Assembly (NCBI GenBank): GCA_051294375.1
Contig: CM119269.1
Span: 23,355,497 to 23,419,496 of the forward strand
DNA: 64,000 nucleotides
Reading direction: 5' to 3'
DNA from: Paraspadella gotoi
Lineage: Eukaryota; Animalia; Chaetognatha
Shown: positions 13,457-34,982 of the stretch, piece by piece
How positions within the stretch are numbered: the first letter of the stretch is position 1
Layout of the letters: each line of letters starts with the position of its first letter
The notes under the pieces: model-generated
What the model was told of the DNA's origin: nothing
The model's input: only the letters and a program-made list of their open reading frames with translations
Database searches by the model: none
Translations under genes and position numbers: made by a program

Positions 13457-14172
13457 AGCGAATGAAAGAGTTGTAATCGAAATGAAGATATTAGCAGATG
13501 GTTTAGCAGATGGTTTAGTAGATGATATCTCATACAGTTAAGAGATGATTTAAGATTTTAATTTAATAGATTGTTTAAAGTCATAAAGTTGAATTAAAAG
13601 TTACAAAAACATAACATAACTCGAATTACTGTATAAGCGGGTCAATTAAGACTTGACAAAAATTATGAAATAGAATAAGAATTTTAATTTATTCTATTTA
13701 CTTCCTAAGGGAGTGTACATTTTATACAATTGAAGCATTTCATAGAAATATTATTACACATCATTGTTAAATCCAGATACGCTGAAAGTTTTTAAACGAG
13801 GGATGGATATATATATATATATATAGCTTGTCAAAAGTATTTTGTGGCATAAAACAATTTAAAAAATTAATTTACTCGTTTAAGTTTAATTAAAAGTGAC
13901 AAAAACATCAGATTATAGTACGGTCGGTTCAGTTAAGACTAGATATATAGATATATAGATAGATATATATAGATAGTTATATATAGATATATATATATAT
14001 AGATTTATGTAGAAATAAATATAAAATATTTAAAGAAACTTGAGGGTCATTTTATCGATTGCAGGACGGAAGATCTCCGGCTCGTGCGAGAAGGAAAAAT
14101 GCCCCAAGGAAGAGAGAATCATTGATCTCTTTATATCAGAGATGAACAATGTTACGTCATAAGGAGATTGCG

Positions 14173-14227
<55 letters not shown>

Positions 14228-14354
14228 AAGAGAGAGAGAGGAGCGAGCACCCTCTTCGTGCGTATCTTGTTCCGAAAATTTTCTTTTTAATTTTTCTCTA
14301 TTTCTTTCTCTTTAATGAACTAAAAAATGATTTTTAACGATGATAAAATTTGTC

Positions 14355-14590
14355 TTTTATATACTTTTCCTCCTCTTCCTCCCTCTCCTTTTCCTCCTCT
14401 TCTTCCTCCTACTCCTACTCTTCCTCCTATTCCTCCTCCTCCTCTTCTTCTTCTTCTTCTTCCTCCTCCTTCTCTTTCTCGTCTTCCTCCTCCTCCGCCT
14501 CTTCCTTTTCCTCCTCCTACTCTTCCTCCTATTCCTTTTCTTCCTCTTCTTCCGCCTCTTCCTCTTCCTCTTCCTCCTCCTCTTCCTCTT
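14355..14590. repeat. Pyrimidine-rich (TCC/TCT)n low-complexity tract
   Basis: Directly visible; gives poly-P/S/L/R ORFs in all frames. Confidence 0.9.
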
Positions 14591-14649
14591 GCTCAAAAAA
14601 TCATATTTAAAATTTTCTGCCATTTGACCGTCACATTATTTCACTAAGA

Positions 14650-14950
14650 CAAATGATGTCTGACAAATGATTAATGACAAATGATTAATTATAAATGATT
14701 AATGACAAATTATAAATGATAAATGATTAATGATATATAACAAATGACAATTCACAAATGATAAATGATTAATGACAGTTGATAAATAACTAATGATAAA
14801 TGAATAATGCCAAATGTTAAATGTGTTAATGATAAATAACAAATGACAACTGACAAATTATTAATGACTTATTATAAATGACAAATAATTTATGACAAAT
14901 AATTAATGACAAATAATTAATGACAAATGATAAATAATAATAAGCAACAA
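14650..14950. repeat. Degenerate (AATGACAAATGATT)-type satellite
   Basis: Repeated AATGACAAAT/AATGATAAAT motifs. Confidence 0.7.
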
Positions 14951-15213
14951 ATTACTTATTTTGATGACAATTGAATAAAAGATGCCGACAGAAACGAATC
15001 TATTTATTGCGATATCAATGATTGGCAAACTAAAAAAACTTTTTTAAATATTTTAATGTCTCTTGTGATGATAATCTAATTACAATTTTCGTTGAAACTG
15101 TTGTCAGCATTACGTTTCAAAAAGCTATACTCTCGCAGAGTATGATAGACAAATTGTCCAACTGACTAAAATTAAATATTAAATGTATTGATTTTGTTAA
15201 GCGAGCTATTGAA

Positions 15214-23516
<8,303 letters not shown>

Positions 23517-24269
23517 GATGGTTCCCGAAAGGGCTTTATTTTCCCAAAGCGACCCATCTTAATTTAATTTCGGAGGTTAGAGGTTAGGGCGTAGGGTTAA
23601 GAATTTGGGTTAGTGATTAGGGTTAGAGGTTAGTCTTTAGGGTTTAAGGGTTAGAGATTGAGGTTTAGAGTTATGGTTAGGGTTAGGGTTAGATATTTGG
23701 GTTGCGGATTAGGTTCTTTTTAATAAATTCAGATTAGGTCGGGGATTAAAGAACAGAATTTGGCTGCTTTTGGAAGAGATAGCCGTCAATCGTTATTAGT
23801 GTAGTTTACTATCCTTGTTGAAAGGATTATGCATACATGTGTATATTTGTATTGTTGAACAGTCCTGTATTTACATTGTCTATTTGTAAGGTTAAAGCAT
23901 TTAAATCTTTGTATATCAATGAAAAGATGGTATATTTATGATCTAGCTTAAATGGTATGCCACTAAAAACAATTACTATTGCTAGATAAATGAATATAGG
24001 CAGTTTGGCTACATACAAAATATATTTAAGCTAAAAGCTAAAGCAATATGTTTCTACAGTAAAAGTATAAAAGTGAATGAAAGTTTTTTGTAGAACTCAG
24101 CCTTATTTGAAATTCTTCTTTGCGACTGAGCATCAGCAGAACAGAACTTCAATCTTTCAACCTTTCTATTTGAAAATAAATCAAACATCATTCCATGAGC
24201 ACTAGAATTATAGCAAGTAATTTTGCAATTTTAAAGAATAATAATTAGATAATAGTTTTTGGTATCTTA

Positions 24270-27200
24270 TGACTTCATAAGTTTTCAATATGTATTGGAG
24301 AAAAAAACGTTTCCTCTGAGAGCAAAAGTTTGGCTGATTAATTCGTCAATTTCATTCAAACGTTGAAATTGATGATGAACCTTTGCTAAATCTGAATAAA
24401 AAAATAAAAAAAATATATTAAGATTACGATATTAAGATATTAACATATTAACAATAAGAAATTACTATAAGTTTTGATATGTTAGCTTCTGAAGCAAGTA
24501 ATATTCAACTGATCCAAAATTGTTAAAATTTAACAATAAGTTTAAATACCTGCTTATAATGCAAATGAAATAAACGTAATAATAACCTTTGCAACGAAAA
24601 AGAAGATTTTCAGCCAAATCAAGATTCATGAGTCGAATAGCTTCTTCACTTTGTTCCATAAGCAAATCTTTAAAAATATGAACTTATTAGACATTTGTAT
24701 AAGTATATTTAATTGATGACTAAGTTAAAAAACAACAATTCCTAACCAATCTGATGAATGACTTCTTGTTTAACATCAGTTTTGTCGGTTGATTCTCCAA
24801 CGAGGTCGGTTTCCTTTGGTCCAATGCAGAATCGGCAGAAACAGTTGAAACCAAAATTGTTCAGCAGATGTGGCAATCTGCAAAAGAGATGGAGGCCTTA
24901 TTTTCCCATGATGTCCCATTCATCTTAAATTTGGAACTAGGTTAGTTATTGTAATTAAAAAATAAGTTAAAAGTTATGGTTAGGGATTAGGTTAAGGTTA
25001 AGAATTATGGTTAAGGACGTAGTAATTAGGGTTAAGAATTTGGGTTAGGGACTAGAGTTTAGGGTTTAAGATTAGGGTTAAAATTTAAGGTTCAGGATTA
25101 GGCTAAGGCAAAGAATTAGGGTTTGGGTTAGGGTTAAAGATTACATTGTAGGTTATTAAGGTTCAATATTAATATTAAAATTAAATACTTGAAAAAAACA
25201 ATCATAAATTGGAGACTCTCGGAAAAGTGAGCCATTTCTTCCTGCAAACCTGTCTTCCCGATCCGGCATTGCTTTAGCGACTCTTTCATAAGTGATGAAA
25301 ATCTCTTCACCTTTTTTGATGAAGTCAATCGTCTTCACGTTTTGTGTTTCACCTCACACAAGAAAAAATGAATGCAAAATTAAAATGTGAAAACTGATAA
25401 ATTAATTTCTTTTGTTTGCTTTTAAAGTTAAGCTTTTAAATTTTAAATCGATCTTGTTAATATTTTGATGTTGATAAAGGATCCTACCAGTAAAATAATA
25501 ATCGCAATTAGGCCGGCAACTGTGATTGATTTGACTGGCTTTAAGAAAGAGCACTGTGCCAATTCTAGAAACGCCAGCTCTCTCAAAGCTGGGCGGGTCT
25601 GTGAATCTTTTCCAAACCAACTGCATGCTGAAAGAAAATTATAAAGGACTTAAATTAGTCTAGGTTTTTTAGATCTTAGGCTTCCTGGCTTTTACCAACT
25701 TTTTGGTCAACCTCATGATTTACATACTTCAGTCATACTTTCAATCAGGTGCTTTTCTTAATTCTAAAAGTTTTCTTACTTTAATTTAAAGCAGTTGTTC
25801 TTTATCCTTAATGTTTTCTTATTTGAATTCAAAGCAGGTGTTCTTAATCCTCAACATTTTTCTTACTTCAATTCTAGGCAGTTGTTCTTAATCCTCAACA
25901 TGTTTTCTTACTTAAATTCAAAGCAGTTGTTCTTAAACCTTAACATTTTTTCTTACTTCAATTCTAAGCAGTTGTTCTTAATCCTCAACATGTTTTCTTA
26001 CTTAAATTCAAAGCAGTTGTTCTTAATCCTTAACATGTTTTCTTATTTCAATTCTAAGCAGTTGTTCATAATCCTTAACATGTTTTCTTACTTCAATTCA
26101 AAGCAGTTGTTCTTAATCCTTAACATGTGCTCCAGTAAAACTGTTCCGACAAATGTCTCCAATTTTCGCTCCAGTTTCATGTCTGTGAAGAGAATCTGCA
26201 AAAGAAGATAATATTATTATTATATTATTTATAAGTATATAATATATAGTTATAATATTATTATGTAGTGAAGTTCGTGAGAAAAGAATTCTGTAAATTG
26301 CAAAAATGTCAACAATGCTTTTTATCTATACCTGACTTTTCTCTATCTTTATCTCATTTGTACCTATTTTCTTTTTCCACTGATGAGTCCTACCTGATAA
26401 TTGACAATAAGCTTCAACGTTCCTGTGACTTCTTCCAGTTGAGTTTGCGTCATTAATTGTTTCAGCAAATTCTGTTTGATTTCAGCTGCCGCTTCTCTGA
26501 GGCGAATGAAAAATCCGCCAGCCTTTGGAAAAGATTAATTATTATAGTTTAATTCTATTTAGACATTTCATTTTACAGAGAAGTACAAATATTTTTATAA
26601 ATTATAATGTTTTTAGTTGCGTTCTACTATTTAGTTTTTACTCAACTTTAGGATGTACAAAATAGTCTTTGCAAAAAGTGAATATTCCAGGCAACGTAAT
26701 TTGTTAAGGTTTTCAAAGTTTGTAATCAGATCAAATTCGTCGATGTCTGTTAAAAATATAGAGAAGAATTACTTTGGCTTCATTTGATATTTAAAAAAAA
26801 TTGAATAAACCACTAAACTATTTTTACCTTGAGAATTGACTCGTTTTTCCTTGCAATATTCTGCCCCTAAAATTGAAAAAAAAAATTACAATCAATTACA
26901 ATCACTTGGACACATTTTGTTCATACAATTTTTGAAAACATTAGGGCGTTGCGAAAATTTAACTTGTTTTTAATATTTATTTATTTTATAAAAATTTTGT
27001 ATTGTAACATGTTGTATAACATTTTTATTAAACAAATATCCGATAAAAAACGAAAAATTAAATAGCATTTAAAGTTGCAGTAGACGCATCATAAACAAGA
27101 TCTGTATAATTTTCACTTCGCGTTAATTGATATATTTTAAAACCACTACAGATAAGATCGGGTATCTATTCTTAATACTTGATACTAAAACAATTTAAAA

Positions 27201-29894
27201 TTTTTTTAAATATTTTTAATTTTGTAATTTTTTTTAAAGAGAGAGAGGAAAGGATTTTCACTAGAATGAATATCAAGTAAAAATAAAGATGAAAGGATAT
27301 TTTCTGCTCCTTACATTAATTTTTCATCAACAGTTTTCCTAAGCGGATGAACAACATTAAAAACAAAAATAGCTTAAATTAAAAATAATTAAAAACTTTA
27401 AATGCTTACGGAAAACTGGGCAATTCTTTTGGACATTAATATGGGTAACTTTTCTACAACATATTTTTGGTGATCAATTTTCTTCACCTATTTCAAAGAT
27501 CGATAAATCAATGCTGATAGCTATGTTGTCAAAGGTAAACAACTTTTGACTTTGAATTTACTACTTAATCATAGCTGATACACTGAAATTATTGATCAAT
27601 GGAAAATAAAATTACGCACGGGTGTTTGGAGTTAGTAGCTTACCGAAAGATTTTTTTCTGCCAAAAAAATTCCTCTCAATTAGCAAACATTTTACGGACT
27701 ATACACATTATACTTGAGCAAGAATACAGTAATTGAATATAAAATAATGTGATCTCTGGCTATAAAATTGGTAAAACCAATATAAAAATTATCCTATGGT
27801 TGACTAAAATCCACCAACCGTTCATCAGCGGCCATTGGTGCCGGAGGCAAGTCATTCGCCGGGGTCCGGGATTCTAGCCCGGTGGTCGCCTAGCAGTTAA
27901 GAGGGCCAGGGCACTTAACCCGCCTGTAACACGGTGTTACAGCCTGATCCGAAGCTCAGAGACTGTTTATATTGAACGGTTCTGTCACTAACAAATAACA
28001 ATAATTTCTGTCTTTTCATTGGTGAGCACGACTTCCAAACACAACAGCAACAACAACACTTTCAGGCGACATGCCTCAACCGGGCGATGCACTTTCCACC
28101 AACAACACATCAGGCAACATGCCTCAACTTGGTGATGAACTTTTGACGAGCAACAACATACTTTTCCCAATGGGAGGGGGGGATGTATGGTGACTAAAAT
28201 CCACCAACCGTTCATCAGTGGCCATTGGTGCCGGAGGCAAGTCATTCGCCTCCCAACCCAAAGGTCCGGGGTTCTAGCCCAGTGGTTTCCTTGCAGTTAA
28301 GAGGGACGGGGCACTTAACCCGCCTGTAACACAGTGTTACTGCATGATTAGAAGCTCAGGGACTGCTTATATTGAACGGTTCTGTCACTAACACATAACA
28401 TTAATTACTGTCTCTTCAATTCATTCATCTGACTTTGGACAGGCTTTGGTGGTTTAAGGCCTCCATCACTCTTACAAGATAAGGACTTAGCAGGTCCCAG
28501 CAAGCTTTCAATCAAGATTCTCTCACAGTCACGTTTCATATTTAAGACAACATTCGAGGGTCTTCATTTGTGCGCCAACAAACAGCAAAGTTATTTACAG
28601 CTTTTTTTTGCCTCACCTAAACAGAACCGATGCAAAAGAGATTTCCAGTTTCGCAAAATCATTCTAAACGACATGGAATGATGTAAGAAGCTGCTGTGCA
28701 TCTTGCGCATGTAATGGCATTCCCAGACGTGATACGCTCGAAGAGATGCCTAGTATATAAATAATAGGTTTGATTTTTAAAATACTAAACTCCTTACTGT
28801 AGCAATCCTACTTTTTTTATTTGTATGTATCCCCAATTAACCTGTTTGCAATCTTGGCTGCACCAAGCAATGGACCTGCAAGATTCGCAGATCAAATAAT
28901 CTAGTCCATCCGCCGGTCGCAATTTGCAAGTGTCACAGACTTCCTGAGTAAAGCATAATTTTTGTGTCTTTTAACTATAAACTATTAATATTAAATTTTA
29001 ATTCATTCATTGCTTATACTTCCTATCCTCCATGACACTACCCCCAATTACCCTGACCCTGACTCAAGTGACCTTGACCCTAACACTAATGATCTTGACC
29101 CAAACTAAAATGATAATGTCTCTCACCCTCATAACCATGACTCTAACTCCAATGACCTTGATTCTAACCCCAATCACCAAGACCCTAACTACAATGACCT
29201 TGACCATTACTCCAATGACCTTGACCCTCACCCCAATGACCTTGACCCAGGCCCAAATTACCTTGACCCTAACCCCAATCACCTTGACCCTAACCACAAT
29301 GACCTTGACCCTCACCCCAATCACCTTGACCATAACCCAAATGACCTTGGCCCTAACCCAAATGACATTGACCCTAATCTAAATGACCTTGACCCTAACC
29401 CCAATGACCTTGACCCTGTCAAAGTCCACAATCGAAGCGAAAGGCTTTTCTCTGAGAATTAATTCTCCCGGAGTCAAATCTTTTGTGGCTGCGATGAATC
29501 TGCCTCTCGTCGGATGGTACTGGCCCCGGATGTTGGAGATGAACTCATCTGGGTCTGGCAGGTGGGCGTGGCAGTCATCGTTGTTGAGAGGGGGAAGAGG
29601 AAAAGGTGCACCTGGCTAAAAAAAAATATCATTTCTGAGTACCTGACTAAATAGTATTGCAAGAAATTATTGCAATACGTCATTAAATTTAGTTTTAACC
29701 GTAAATTACTGAAATTAATTTTTAAATATTCTTTTATTAATTCAGTTGTTGAACAAAAACGTGGTTTATAGTTAACAATTTTAGGCTTTTGTACGTCTGT
29801 AAAAAAAAGAAACTTTTATATATATGTATTTAATTCAAATTAAGAATTTGACAATTATCCTCATTGAAAAACGAAAATTTTCACATTTTAAAAT

Positions 29895-29935
<41 letters not shown>

Positions 29936-30990
29936 CTCTCACCGTTTTCCCTTTCAAAATATCAAAAGGTTCCCAGTCGAAATTGTAAAGAACAAAATTC
30001 ATCCAATCAGATGGCGACTTTAAAGAATCCATCGCCTGAAAAATTGATATATTTGAAAAAAGGTGGATTGAAACATTCTGTTAGAGTGGATTGAAAATTC
30101 TGTTAGGGTAAATTGAAAATGCTTTTAGGGTAGATTTAAAATGCTGTTAGGGTAGTTAAAATATGGTGTTAGGGTGTAAAGAATATCCTAAGGGCTGGAT
30201 AATACTGTAAGGGTGTTTAAGATGGTGCTACTAAAGAATTAAGTTTGACTTATACCCTAATGATTGTTTGTTACAATGTACCGATGCAATGATGTAAGAC
30301 TAATATTTGATAAGTTATTGACTATTTGACTATTCTTCGCTTTAGTTTAAATAAAAATAGACCTTTTTTACCAAACAGAATGAGCTGAAGAGATCAAACC
30401 AAAAAAATGGTTACTGAAGTTAAAAAAAAATGTTGGTGAGATTTTGAGTGATTAATGATCCGAGATTTAATGGTCCGAAGGTTGGCCTTGAATTGGGAAT
30501 GATATGAAGGGCAGTCACATAAATACACTTTATTTTCTTCTCTATCTCTCTCCATCTCTCTCTCTTTTCTTATAAATGAAATTTATACAATAGTAAATTA
30601 TCCACTAATTTAATAAATAAGCTATATTGATCCCAACTTTGGACAATCTATGGTGGTTTAAGGCCTCCATCAATCTTACAAGATAATGACATAGCAGGTA
30701 CCTGTAAGCTTTCAATTAAGACTCTCTCATAGTATAGATAATTTACTCCCAACAAAACCGGCTTATCATTTAGGTGGTATAATGTTTTTTAGACTTGAGA
30801 GAATAAAGATCAAAGATATGTATTCCGCAAGTTTGAAAATAGAAAAAGATCTCCCCATATTGTTGATTTGCGTCACCTCGTTCTTTTGTTTAAATTCCTC
30901 ATCGGACGTAGAGTCAGTCATTAGTTTGTTGGTGATTCTGAAGATGTCGCTCGCCCAATCAGGAGAGCGTAAACCCAATTTGCTTGACAT
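24270..30990 (-). CDS. SET and MYND domain protein (SMYD4-like lysine methyltransferase)
   Basis: Exons give RGRFIAATKDLTPGELILREKPF (~29615-29415), MYND finger CDTC...CESC...WCSQDCKQ|ASLRAYHVWEC (~28945-28615), RIKNNCF (~26100), ASQINHSCRPNC (~25500), IKKGEEIFITY (~25300), FGFNCFCRFC post-SET (~24850). Both ends are approximate. Confidence 0.88.
25750..26128 (-). repeat. 45-bp minisatellite made of a SMYD exon end plus donor
   Basis: Unit CATGTTAAGGATTAAGAACAACTGCTTTGAATTGAA|GTAAGAAAA, about 8 copies; inferred donor at 26092/26091. Confidence 0.9.
27795..28418 (+). mobile_element. TRIM (terminal-repeat retrotransposon in miniature)
   Basis: LTR1 27795-28018 ends CA; PBS-like TGGTGAGCACG at 28020; 165-bp non-coding interior; polypurine tract GGGAGGGGGGGA 28172-28183; LTR2 28184-28418 TG...CA. 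Nested in a family B copy inside a SMYD intron. Confidence 0.9.
29032..29415 (-). repeat. 21-bp minisatellite starting at a SMYD donor site
   Basis: Minus-strand unit GTCAAGGTCATTGGGGTTAGG; the exon ends GACAGG|GTCAAG at the first unit. Confidence 0.85.
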
Positions 30991-31102
30991 TATTCTATTT
31001 TAATTTCTTTTCCTTTATTATGATATCTTTAGTTAAAAAATCGATTATTTGTGGCGCGAGTTTGTTTGTTATTTTTATTTTTTATTGACGAGTTGTTGAT
31101 TG

Positions 31103-31153
31103 TAGCGCCGCCTCTAGACGCAAGCGGCGGCGCGCGTTGCCTCTAGATGGCGT
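31103..31153. promoter_or_regulatory. GC-rich island upstream of SMYD with a CTCF-like motif
   Basis: Isolated GC patch ~110 bp upstream of the putative SMYD ATG; CCTCTAGATGGCG at 31140-31152 is one mismatch from CCACTAGATGGCG. Confidence 0.35.
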
Positions 31154-31667
31154 AAAAGTTCCATCGTAATTTTATTCTTTAATTAATAGTAATAAATATT
31201 TTTTATGAATCGTTTTTATTTAAATCATAATCGTTTGGTTCGCGTTTGGAGGCGAAAAATAATCATCTGTAAAAAAATTATTTGTTGTGTTGTTGTTTTA
31301 TTGCATCTTATTTTATTCTTTTCTTTTCTTTTCTTTTCTTTTGTATTCTTTTCTTTTCTTTTCTTTTCTTTTCTTTTCCTTTCTTGTTTTTTAATTCATT
31401 TTATTCATTCTTTTGTTTATTTATAATTTTCTTTTGTTTATTTTTAATTGTCTTTTTATTTTCTTTTTATTTCATTTTCATTTCTTTTGTTTTTGTTTAC
31501 TTTTGTTTTTGTTTTTCTTTGTCTTTTTTGTTTCTCTCGTTTTCTTTCTTCTCATCACCGACGGCGGAAAATCGAGAGGTGAAGAGAAATGAAGAGATTC
31601 TCTCCGATCGTCTCGCACTCTATCTGACTGTAGGGGTCTCTCTCTCGCTCTCTCTCGCTCTTCTCTC

Positions 31668-31719
<52 letters not shown>

Positions 31720-31721
31720 GT

Positions 31722-31791
<70 letters not shown>

Positions 31792-31913
31792 CTCCGCCTC
31801 TCCTCCTCTCTCTCTCTCTCTCTCCTCTTCTCTCACTCTTTCATCGATTTCAAGTGAAATTCGCCGAAAACAAAAAATCGAGTAAAAAAAAAAATTCGGG
31901 ATCGAGTTAGAGA

Positions 31914-31964
<51 letters not shown>

Positions 31965-32043
31965 TAAAGAAAAGTGAGAAATGAGAGAGGAAAGATTAAA
32001 GGAAAAAGATGAGGAAGATAATTAATTGAAAACAGGAAATTGA

Positions 32044-32220
32044 GAAGGTAAAAAATATTGAAAGTAGAAAGAAAGAGGAAAGATGAAGAAATAGGGAAGG
32101 TAAGAAAATATTGAAAATAGAAAGAAATAGGAAAGCTGAAAAAATAGGGAAGGTAAGAAAATATTGAAAGTAGAAAGAAATAGAAAAGATGAAGAAATAG
32201 AGAAGGTAAGAAAATATTTA
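32044..32220 (+). repeat. ~53-bp purine-rich tandem repeat, each unit containing AAG|GTAA
   Basis: GAAGGTA recurs at 32044, 32096, 32149 and 32202. Confidence 0.8.
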
Positions 32221-32620
32221 AAAATTTATGAAATTACTTGAAAGGGAAATAAAAAGAAAGATAAAGAGAGACTGATATTTGTCGAAAAATAGTTGGTGAC
32301 TGTAAGAAAGAAAAGATAAAGGAAAATTATAGAATATAACAATAATTGTAATTCCGAAGTGTTTCGCCACTGTGTAATCATATAACTACTGTGACAAGTC
32401 AATGCAGTAGAAGCGCCATTGAGCGTCTAACACACCCTGAATAGGAATTTCATCTTTTATTCTTTATGCAATTTATTTCAAAACAAAAGGTAGCGCTGGC
32501 AGTCACTTAGATTGAGTCCGTAAAAATAACAAAAGAGCAACCAATTTGAAGTGAAGATAACAAAAGAGAAACCAAATTTTAGCTGCATTAAATTTTGGGT
32601 CATGTGGTCATTTTTAGAGG

Positions 32621-32947
32621 TGATGACATAACTTCACATGTTCTCATGATAATTTCTGATGATATCATCAAAGGTGGAATCTAAACCAAGGAATCGAATC
32701 GGATTCTTATCGGAATCAAACCGGATCAGAGACTCGGATGAAATCAACCAAGAACTCACTGATTGGATGAATCGACCAATGAGAAGAGGACCCATGTCGA
32801 TGATCCGATGGCTCTGTATAAATACTGACCATTTCTGTATTGATTCAATATGCCTGTAAACTCTCACACCGTTCTTTGCTTGTGAAATATTTGTCAATAA
32901 ATTCCACCTTGGTTTCATGTTGAAATCTCTGTCTACTTACTTAAATG
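32621..32947 (+). mobile_element. Putative LTR
   Basis: Begins TG after a short purine run; contains CCAAT, TATAAATA and AATAAA in order; followed directly by a TGG-initiated tRNA complement; a related fragment lies at ~17530-17655. The terminal CA is not intact. Confidence 0.55.
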
Positions 32948-32990
32948 TGGTGGCAGAGGTCGGATTCGAACCCACGCCTCCGAAGAGACT
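32948..32990 (-). pseudogene. 3' half of tRNA-Leu including CCA (extended primer-binding site or retrocopy)
   Basis: Minus strand AGTCTCTTCGGAGGCGTGGGTTCGAATCCGACCTCTGCCACCA matches the variable arm, T arm and acceptor 3' strand of metazoan tRNA-Leu(AAG/TAG) plus CCA; no 5' half is present. Confidence 0.85.
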
Positions 32991-33054
32991 TAAATGATAT
33001 ATATGCACGTTAAAAGTCCTTTATTACTTAATTGAGCTAAATTGATAACGTATT

Positions 33055-33170
33055 ACCTGAGCTATGAGTATTTTTTACATAAGTGAGATAGACCGACGAA
33101 TTGACAGACCGACCGACAGAAAAGGTATTTATTGAGTTGCTCCGCGAGTACTCGCGGCTCAACTTAAAAC
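33055..33170 (-). mobile_element. HINE/DINE-1-like fragment with terminal hairpin
   Basis: Perfect palindrome CCGCGAGTACTCGCGG flanked by AGTTG/CAACT next to a T-run, followed on - by a GTCG/GTCT microsatellite. Confidence 0.55.
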
Positions 33171-33424
33171 TTAAGTTAAAAAAAAAACAGGAAATAATTT
33201 CTTTTTCTGTAACTTTTAATATTTATCAATCGCTTTGATTTTGATATTTTATTACAATGTTTAAATATTCTGCTTCAATGATTTTGGTTAAATTGTAGAC
33301 ATAAATTATTCATAAATATGACGAAAAATCGCATTTAATTTAGTTTTATTATCATCAGCTTTGAACATGGTAATAGAATTTCAAACAACATTTGTAAACG
33401 TAATTATGAAAAGAAATAAACGGC

Positions 33425-33496
<72 letters not shown>

Positions 33497-33647
33497 AATG
33501 ATGATGATTAGGCGGTCAATGAGTGGGAGTTAAAAAAATGTTTTTTTTTACGTTAAAATTTTTTTTTCACCTTTGATTTGCCCCTCTCTCTCTCTCTTTC
33601 TCGCTCTCTCTCTCTCTTTCTCTTTCTCTTCTCGCTCTCCGCTCTCG

Positions 33648-33731
<84 letters not shown>

Positions 33732-34087
33732 CCTCCCTCTCGCGAGCTCGTTTTTTCCTTCACTCGACAGTATTACTTATAAAAAAAGGGTAAAAAAAGA
33801 GAAAAAATTGAAATTCAAAATGAGAAAAAGTGAAATAAAGATCTAAGTTTTGGCTGAATTAAATAAATTACATATGTTCGACCTGATTAGTACAAATCTG
33901 CGCTTTTAGAGACATTTAATCTATTTGTAGTAAATAGTAATGCAGTAACAAAAAGTAGAATAAAAAAGCTCATTTTTAGAGCACCAGAGAGAGAGAGAGA
34001 AAATTTGCTTTTCTTAATCGATCGTGAATACAAAACTGACAACAAATGTTTGACTTCGTGAGAAGATATTAAATTTACTTTGAGAAG

Positions 34088-34132
<45 letters not shown>

Positions 34133-34457
34133 CTACAGTAGGAGCTATTGTGATATACACAACGAAAATCCATTAGTGGAGCAAGATTGGTTCAAGTGTT
34201 CACTTATCAAGATTGGTTTAATTTGCTAAAAGAATAATCCGTACTTCTGATTAGTTAACAAATTATAAGAGATGCACATTATCATATTTTGGGTGGACTT
34301 TTCTTTACAAAACGTTTCAAGTTTAGTAAAAAGTCAAATAAAAAATATGTTTATTATACTGTGACTAAATACAAACAATATTAAACGATGGTGCTATCTT
34401 TTGTGGCGGACTAATTAAAGTTACACGAAATCCTTGACATTGGTATAGCCTTGGTTA

Positions 34458-34489
<32 letters not shown>

Positions 34490-34772
34490 TTTCTCTCTCT
34501 TCAAAACTCAACCAACAACTTTATAAAAAATCTTATTTATAAATTTCTGAAATAAGGTTGTAAAATGATTGGTAGACAAGCTTGCCAGCTTGTAAGCTTA
34601 CAAGCTTCGTCGCTTTAAAGCTTGCAATTTTTTTAAAGCTTTAAACTTTGAACTTCTGACGCACTTTGTCTCAAATATTAAAAAAAAGTATTAAATTTAC
34701 TGTATAATTATATAACAGACTGCTTTTCGTACGACTTCGTGGGCGGGGAAGTCTGAAAAAAGACAGAGAGAG

Positions 34773-34810
<38 letters not shown>

Positions 34811-34982
34811 GATCTTCTTATCTGACTTTGAATGGCAAAGTTTTTTCGGAGATTTGATCAAAAGCACCTGAGGTCCCGAACCTTTTGGGTTTTAAACTCT
34901 AGAACCTAAAACTCAACTAAAAAACTTCAGACTTTAGGACTTGAGTCTTGAGTATTTAATTTTAAATCTAAAACTTAGATTT

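Noticed and set aside
14327-14647. Poly-Pro/Ser/Leu/Arg ORFs, and similar ERER/SLSL, poly-M/D/I and TLTL ORFs elsewhere
   Set aside because: Translations of microsatellites and minisatellites open in several frames; no coding signal.
23575-23700. True telomere or chromosome fusion site
   Set aside because: Only about three perfect TTAGGG units, inside a repeated MITE-like element.
27815-27835. CTGATGA on the minus strand of the TRIM LTRs as a hammerhead; twister-like CCGG...AGCCCGG hairpin
   Set aside because: No correctly placed stem II plus GAAA conserved in both LTRs, and the twister pairings could not be completed.
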